The position numbers and the translations under genes were made by a program. Positions 58,487 to 64,000 of a stretch of DNA of 64,000 nt are shown piece by piece. The DNA is taken from contig CAVSGO010000005.1 in assembly GCA_963727525.1 (NCBI GenBank), positions 352,001 through 416,000 of the forward strand, in the 5' to 3' direction. Below the pieces are notes generated by a model. The model was not told the DNA's origin, searched no databases, and saw only the letters and a list, made by a program, of their open reading frames with translations. This DNA comes from an uncultured bacterium. Its GTDB lineage: Bacteria; Krumholzibacteriota; Krumholzibacteriia; LZORAL124-64-63. Each line of letters begins with the position of its first letter. The first letter of the stretch is position 1.

Positions 58487-59714
58487 ACTACAGACCCACC
58501 GGTTTTCGGCCCCACCACTCATCCTGACGATCAACGGCGGGTCGTCGAGCATCAAGTTTGCGCTTTTCGAGGCCGGTGACTCGCTCCGCCGGCTTCTGGT
58601 GGGCGAGATCGAACGGATCGGCCGGCCGGAGGCCGTCCTGCGGGTGGAAGGCGTCAGCGAGGAAGATACCTTTTCGCGGTCGGTGCCGGCGGCGGACCAC
58701 AACGCTGCCGTGGACTCGCTGATGGATTGGATCGAGACACGTAGCGGGGGTGGTCCATTGACCGCCGTGGGTCATCGCGTGGTTGATGGCGGGCCGAAGT
58801 ACAGCGACCCGCAGCAAATCACTCCGGACATGGTCCACGAGTTGCGCAGCTTGAGCCCATTCGATCCCGAGCACATGCCTGAAGAGCTCCGCCTCGTCGA
58901 GGCGTTTCAACGCCGATTTCCCGAGTTGCCCCAGGTGGCGTGCTTCGACACCGCGTTTCACCACAACCTGCCGCGCGTAGCCCGCTTGTTGCCGATTCCG
59001 CGGCGCTACGAGGCTCGGGGCGTGCGGCGGTACGGCTTCCACGGGTTGTCATATGCGTTTCTGATGGAAGAACTTGGACGTCTGACCGGGACGAAAGCGG
59101 CGCAGGGGCGGGTCATCCTCGCGCACCTCGGCAGCGGCGCGAGTCTGGCGGCGGTGCGCGACGGCAGGTCCGTGGACACGAGTATGGGCTTCACCCCGGC
59201 CGCCGGCGTGCCGATGGGCACGCGCTCCGGAGATCTCGACCCCGGATTGGTCTGGTATCTGGCGCGCACCGAGAAGGTGAGCGCGAAGCAATTCAACGAA
59301 ATGGTGAATTCGCAATCCGGGCTCCTCGGAATATCCGAAACCAGCTCCGACATGCGTGACCTGCTCGACTGCGAAACGCACGACGTGCGGGCGGCCGAAG
59401 CCGTCGCGCTGTTCTGCTACCAGGTCAAGAAGTGGGTCGGCGCATTCGCCGCCGCGTTGAGGGGACTCGACACCCTGGTGTTCGCGGGTGGTATCGGGGA
59501 GCGAGCGCCTACGGTCCGCGCCCGGATCTGCGACGGGCTGGGGTTCCTCGGCGTCGAGCTCGACGAGAACCGAAACGCCGCCAGTGAAGGCGTGATTTCC
59601 ACGGCAGTCAGCCGGGTCGTGGTCCGCGTCATCCGCACGGACGAGGAACGCATGATCGCCCAGGGCGTGTGCCGCGTTCTCGACGTTGGTTGTGCAAGGA
59701 AAATGAGACCATGA
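58479..59714 (+). CDS. ackA: Acetate/propionate kinase
   Basis: [62 protein letters not shown]. Confidence 0.93.
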   Translation: MTELQTHRFSAPPLILTINGGSSSIKFALFEAGDSLRRLLVGEIERIGRPEAVLRVEGVSEEDTFSRSVPAADHNAAVDSLMDWIETRSGGGPLTAVGHRVVDGGPKYSDPQQITPDMVHELRSLSPFDPEHMPEELRLVEAFQRRFPELPQVACFDTAFHHNLPRVARLLPIPRRYEARGVRRYGFHGLSYAFLMEELGRLTGTKAAQGRVILAHLGSGASLAAVRDGRSVDTSMGFTPAAGVPMGTRSGDLDPGLVWYLARTEKVSAKQFNEMVNSQSGLLGISETSSDMRDLLDCETHDVRAAEAVALFCYQVKKWVGAFAAALRGLDTLVFAGGIGERAPTVRARICDGLGFLGVELDENRNAASEGVISTAVSRVVVRVIRTDEERMIAQGVCRVLDVGCARKMRP

Positions 59715-59876
59715 AGACGAGAACTCTATCCCGAGAACTCCCCCACAAGGACGATGCCTACTCGCGCGCCGCGAACTATCTGTCGGTCGGCAAGATCTTT
59801 CTCAACGACAATCTGCTCCTCGAGCATCCGCTGAAGCTAAAGCACATCGATTTCGCCAACGCCGGCGCCAAGGCAA
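59711..59876 (+). pseudogene. xfp: Second phosphoketolase 5' relic, cut near the IS
   Basis: [32 protein letters not shown] matches the xfp N-terminus and ends just before the IS left end. Confidence 0.78.
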
Positions 59877-61106
59877 GGGTTGTACCTGCGAAATTGTGCA
59901 TGGCCCGGTGCTTGCCTGACCCGAGGCCATGTGCTCACCGACTTCGCCCTCAGCTCAACCCTGGTCCCCGCCTCACTGCCCCAACCCCAACTGCCACCAC
60001 CACCACCACATGCACGGCCCCTGGCCCTTCCTCAGGCGCGGGTACTTCCGACGACTCAACCCGCCCCACCTCGTCCCCCGCTTCCAGTGCCGACACTGCG
60101 GCCGATCCTTCTCCAAACAGACCTTCTCCACCACCTACTGGCTCAAGAAGCCGCTTCTGCTGCCCCTGATCCTCGATCTCTCCGTCAACGCCATGGCCAA
60201 CCGCCAGGCGGCCCGGACGCTCAAATGTGCTCCCGCGACCGCCGATCTCCAGCTCGCCCGCCTCGGCCGCCACTGCCTGCTCTTTCAGCGACACATGCTC
60301 ACCGGAGCGTCTCCTCCCGCTGACATCGCCATCGATGGCTTCGTCACCTTCGAGTACAGCCAGGACTACCCGTTCGAGTTCCTGGTCGCCGTCAACCGGG
60401 ACAACAGCTTCGTCGAGCACTTCACCGAGGCGCCGCAGCGGCGTAGCGGCCGGATGACCGGGGCCCAGAAGAGGCGCCGAGCGGCGCTCGAAGCCGCGTT
60501 CGGGACGCCTGACCCGAAAGCTGTCGAGCAAGGGATGCGCGAGGTGCTCGAGGTCACCCTGGCGGGGGCCACCGTGGCGACGGTGCATAGCGACGAGCAT
60601 CAGGCCTATCCGCGGGCGATGCGGGGACTGGCCGTTGAAATCGACCACCAGACGATCAGTTCGCGGGCGAAGCGGGATGCTCGCAATCCGCTGTTCGAGA
60701 TCAACGCGCTGGATGCATTCATCCGGCACAGTCGGGCGGATCATCGGCGGGAGACGATCGCGTTCGCACGGCGCCGCCAGGCTGCGGCGGAGCGATTCGC
60801 GGTGTTCGTGGTGTGGAAGAACTTCGTGAAGAAGCGCTGGGAGAAGCGGTGCTTGTCGACGCCGGCGATGTTGCGGGGGCTTGTGGCGCGGCGGTTGACG
60901 GTGGCAGACATCCTGGAGACGCGGTTGTTTCCGGGGCGGATCGGGTTGCCTGAGAGATGGCGGGAGTACTACTGGGGTCTGGTGGAGACGCCGGTGGTGG
61001 GGGTGAATCGGCGGCACGAGCTGAAGTACGCGTTCTAGAAGCGGATGCCGCGGTCGGTGAATTCCGACCGTGGAACCAGGCATGCACAATTTCGCGGGTA
61101 CAACCC
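59877..61106 (+). mobile_element. Insertion sequence, same family as 10171-11394
   Basis: IRL GGGTTGTACCTGCGAAATTGTGCATG (59877-59902) versus IRR CATGCACAATTTCGCGGGTACAACCC (61081-61106): 25/26 match; no target duplication visible. Confidence 0.9.
59929..61038 (+). CDS. Transposase, IS1-like
   Basis: CPNPNC...[48 protein letters not shown]. Confidence 0.85.
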   Translation: MCSPTSPSAQPWSPPHCPNPNCHHHHHMHGPWPFLRRGYFRRLNPPHLVPRFQCRHCGRSFSKQTFSTTYWLKKPLLLPLILDLSVNAMANRQAARTLKCAPATADLQLARLGRHCLLFQRHMLTGASPPADIAIDGFVTFEYSQDYPFEFLVAVNRDNSFVEHFTEAPQRRSGRMTGAQKRRRAALEAAFGTPDPKAVEQGMREVLEVTLAGATVATVHSDEHQAYPRAMRGLAVEIDHQTISSRAKRDARNPLFEINALDAFIRHSRADHRRETIAFARRRQAAAERFAVFVVWKNFVKKRWEKRCLSTPAMLRGLVARRLTVADILETRLFPGRIGLPERWREYYWGLVETPVVGVNRRHELKYAF

Positions 61107-61123
61107 ACGGGTCGCGAACGCCG

Positions 61124-62203
61124 TCACCCTTCGCTTCCTCGAAATTCCTCGATCAACTCCTGCTGTCTCCGCGTCAAGTGCTCGGGCACGACGACCATGA
61201 CCCGCGCGACATGGTCCCCGCCGGGAATACCTTGGCCTCGAAGCTTGAGCTGGACGCCGGACGAGGTTCCGGCAGGGATGGTCAGATTGACTCGGCCGCG
61301 CAGGGTCGGCAGTGGCACCTTGCCGCCGAGCACGGCGGTGACCATGGGAACCGCGACATCGGAGTGAATATCATTCCCCTCGCGGCGGAGGACCGGATCG
61401 GGGCGCACATGCAGGTGAACCATGAGATCTCCCGGTGGTCCGCCACCGGTCCCGACTCCACCGAGTCCCGCCAGACGGAGAACCGTTCCCTCGTCGCTGC
61501 CTTCGGGGACGGTGATCTTGAGCTTGCGCGCCCGCTCGACAGTGCCTTCGCCACCGCATTCTGGACAGACCTTCGCCGGGTCGAAACCGGTGCCGTGACA
61601 GCGCGAGCACGGACGAGTCACGGTGAAGAACTGGCCCTTGTCGCGGGACTGCGCCGTGACCCGCCCGCTTCCTTGACACGTCGGACACGCCGGCTCGTCC
61701 CCAATTGCACCCCGCCCGCCGCAGCGCGCACAGGCAACGGCGGCGGTGAGGGAAACCGACACCTTCCCGCCAAGTGCGGCCGTGCGGAAGTCGACCTCGA
61801 GTTCGACCTCGGCATCGTGCCCCGGGCGCGCCGCGCCACGTGAGCGATGGACCTCCTGCCCGAATTCGCCGCCGAAGATGCCACCGAAACGGCACAGGAT
61901 CTCGTCCATCGACATCGATTCGCCTTCGGCCGCGAATGGCGTGGGTCCCCCGGGTCCGGCAGGCCCATGCGGCGTGGACGTCGACGACGCGGCAGTCGCC
62001 ACCGCGTCGTCGTACTCCCGTCGCTTGTCGGCATGTGAGAGGACCGCGTAGGCGCCGGCCAGATCCTTGAATTTCTCCTCGGCTTTCCGGTCGCCGGGGT
62101 TCCGATCGGGATGGAACTTGAGGGCGAGGGTACGGAATGCCTTCTTGATCTCCGCGGACGTCGCCGAAGGCTGGACGCCAAGGATCTCGTAGTAGTCCTT
62201 CAT
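61124..62203 (-). CDS. dnaJ: DnaJ-class chaperone (J domain, four CxxCxGxG repeats, C-terminal domain)
   Basis: [27 protein letters not shown] / CPTCQGSG / CSRCHGTG / CPECGGEG; probably an accessory paralogue. Confidence 0.88.
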   Translation of the reverse strand: MKDYYEILGVQPSATSAEIKKAFRTLALKFHPDRNPGDRKAEEKFKDLAGAYAVLSHADKRREYDDAVATAASSTSTPHGPAGPGGPTPFAAEGESMSMDEILCRFGGIFGGEFGQEVHRSRGAARPGHDAEVELEVDFRTAALGGKVSVSLTAAVACARCGGRGAIGDEPACPTCQGSGRVTAQSRDKGQFFTVTRPCSRCHGTGFDPAKVCPECGGEGTVERARKLKITVPEGSDEGTVLRLAGLGGVGTGGGPPGDLMVHLHVRPDPVLRREGNDIHSDVAVPMVTAVLGGKVPLPTLRGRVNLTIPAGTSSGVQLKLRGQGIPGGDHVARVMVVVPEHLTRRQQELIEEFRGSEG

Positions 62204-62556
62204 CGCGGTATCCTGCGCTGGACCCGCCGGATCCGGACCTCCAGCGTCTCCTCCGCATACAGAATCGCCACCGGCTCGGTATCGAATCCTGGCGGCACGG
62301 GAAGGATGCTCACCAGGACCGCGGGGTCGGGCCAGGACCGGCTGGCACGAACAATGAGAACCTCGTCCAGGATCTCGACGTCGATGTCGGCCTCGACCAC
62401 GTCCTCCAGCGGCACGAACCAACGCAGGCCAGTCACCTCGACGGCCCACCGGGCACACGCTTCCCGCGAGTTCGGCCATTCGCGCAAAGCCGTCGCGTAT
62501 CGGCGCCGCAACCGCTGGATCTCTCTCTCGATCTCGTCGACTGCCGGTGGCTGCAT
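62200..62556 (-). CDS. Degenerate Hsp20/alpha-crystallin-like protein
   Basis: [20 protein letters not shown]...[25 protein letters not shown]; overlaps the dnaJ start. Confidence 0.6.
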   Translation of the reverse strand: MQPPAVDEIEREIQRLRRRYATALREWPNSREACARWAVEVTGLRWFVPLEDVVEADIDVEILDEVLIVRASRSWPDPAVLVSILPVPPGFDTEPVAILYAEETLEVRIRRVQRRIPR

Positions 62557-62591
62557 ACGAGTTCTCCCGCTGCTCCTGGTGGCGGCAAGCG

Positions 62592-63236
62592 CTAGTTGCT
62601 TGCCAGGACCTGGATACTCGTGGACGAAGTCATATGGACGTTCATCTTCTGACCCGCCGCGAGTTCCAACTCGTCACTCTGCGTCGCGATCATGACGACG
62701 ATCCCCACGCCCGCGCCGGTACCAGCACCGATCGCTGCACCCTCCGCGCCACCGGCGATGCCGCCGACGACAGCGCCCAGCACGGTTCCCGCCGCGATCC
62801 GCTCCAAGTCCGTGCCTGTGCCGGAAGCCGCGTCGAGTTCGAGCGGCTGTGCGGAGATCGTGTACTTTTTGCCCGTCGGGTCGACGATCTCCTGGTAAGC
62901 GAGCGTCATCCGCGCGCGACCACTTGTTCGGCCCGAGGCCTGGACATCGCACAGAACGCCGGCGATCCGGGCACCGGCCGGAACCGCAGTCCGGCCGTCG
63001 ACGACGATCGGAGCGAGCGTCGTCAAGGCGAACGTGTCACCGTTATGGCCCGTGCCCGACGAGATCGGCGCGTTGAGCGTCCCGACGACATCGGTGCCGT
63101 CAGGGATGATGAGTGTCGCGAATTGGGTCGACTGGGCGCCGGTGTCGCTGGCGGTGTCCAGCGTCTTGTTGCAGCCATCGGCGATGGCAGCGATGGTCAA
63201 GACCATGATTCCGATCCCGAGTGTTGAGCGTTTCAT
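62592..63236 (-). CDS. Lipoprotein with TrbI/VirB10-like beta domain and glycine zipper
   Basis: Signal ending [46 protein letters not shown]. Confidence 0.78.
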   Translation of the reverse strand: MKRSTLGIGIMVLTIAAIADGCNKTLDTASDTGAQSTQFATLIIPDGTDVVGTLNAPISSGTGHNGDTFALTTLAPIVVDGRTAVPAGARIAGVLCDVQASGRTSGRARMTLAYQEIVDPTGKKYTISAQPLELDAASGTGTDLERIAAGTVLGAVVGGIAGGAEGAAIGAGTGAGVGIVVMIATQSDELELAAGQKMNVHMTSSTSIQVLASN

Positions 63237-63334
63237 GATGGATAGCCTCCCGTTTCCTGGATCAACAGTGACAGACCCACTTGCCGATAATTGAAGAATT
63301 CTCTATTCCCGATGCCGAGGGACGCGAGGGTCCG

Positions 63335-63634
63335 TCACTCGCTCAGCCACTTCCCCGCCGGCGGCGGCGGTCGTTTCTTCTTCATGGCGGCGGCCAGATC
63401 ATTCCACGCGTTCGTCAATTCGATCTTGAGCCCCGCCCGCTGCGATGCGTCGGCCGTCCGATACTCGTCGTATCTTGAACGTGCGATGACGTGGAGCGCC
63501 TGGAGTTCGTCGACGTATATGTGAGTTGCGAAGTCGGTGGCGGCACCCTGCATCCTGGTTCTGGTCGCCAACCGATTGATCCGGTCACCCCACGCCGTGA
63601 GTTGCGCCTCGATCTTGTCCAGGTCCACGTCCAC
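63335..63634 (-). CDS. Small coiled-coil protein (sll1863-like stress protein)
   Basis: GGAGG RBS, GTG start; KIEAQLTAWGDRINRL...LKIELTNAWNDLAAAM. Confidence 0.7.
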   Translation of the reverse strand: MDVDLDKIEAQLTAWGDRINRLATRTRMQGAATDFATHIYVDELQALHVIARSRYDEYRTADASQRAGLKIELTNAWNDLAAAMKKKRPPPPAGKWLSE

Positions 63635-64000
63635 GATACCGTCCTCCCGGTGCCGCCCACTCCACTCCGGCCGCGCCAGGAGTCACGAGGATCGAAGCAA
63701 CGACGTTCATGACACTGGTGTGGCGATCCCGCCCAGCAGTGGGAGGTGCTACCGTTTTCCCGGCCCGATGCGTCCTGCCGCAAACGCCGAGTGCACCGAC
63801 CCCACGCCAATCCGCGGTGGATTTCCCGAACCGTGGCTACATTGGTTCGTAACCGCTCCCAGGCAGCCGACCGCAAGATTCGGGCCTTCTCGTAGGTGAT
63901 TGCGGGGCAAGGGTTGGAGATGGTAGCACGATTGCCTGGTACCATCATAACGACGCAGGTCCCGCCAAAACGAGAGAGTAGACGATGCGACTCGAAGATT

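Noticed and set aside
59990-60015. CAC repeat encoding a His run in the transposase
   Set aside because: Short, absent from the paralogue, and explained by the C-rich skew; no evidence of phase variation.
62592-63236. Type IV secretion system suggested by the TrbI/VirB10-like domain
   Set aside because: No other T4SS genes are nearby; standalone glycine-zipper lipoproteins of this type are common.
1-64000. tRNA (including tRNA-Sec), rRNA, CRISPR array, integrase or prophage
   Set aside because: None was recognised by eye; a covariance-model search would be needed to exclude small RNAs.

Overview
High-GC bacterial chromosomal window. The gene content (FlgD-Ig C-terminal domain, C25 gingipain, PorX/PglZ regulator, WGxxKxLF-tailed secreted protein) suggests an FCB-group lineage such as Krumholzibacteriota, Latescibacterota or Eisenbacteria; this is an inference. 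Positions 1-38.5 kb are mostly core or envelope genes: a GT4 glycosyltransferase, a DUF1646-type transporter, a 1571-aa gingipain-like protease, terB-like, alr, fur, two atypical histidine kinases, a DnaQ-like exonuclease, a long minus-strand run serS-HK-porX-like-tsaE-tsaB-rimI-accD-folC-ROK-lptD-like, and pyrF-pyrE. A secreted UshA-like/tetraheme cytochrome c selenoprotein (C-G-U, in-frame TGA plus SECIS-like hairpin) is split into two ORFs by the ORF track. Positions 38.5-64 kb look accessory. They hold a PA2779-like double-glycine protein paired with a C39 peptidase-TPR-POTRA-beta-barrel fusion, a DUF4402 chaperone-usher pilus locus with sigma54/sigma28-like promoters, small stress membrane proteins, a sugar-phosphate/acetate cluster collapsed into spliced gene relics around intact pgi/HAD/APC/ackA genes, and dnaJ/Hsp20-like genes. 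Two related IS elements have clear terminal inverted repeats and a C-rich to G-rich skew switch inside the transposase. No tRNA, rRNA, CRISPR array or integrase was seen.
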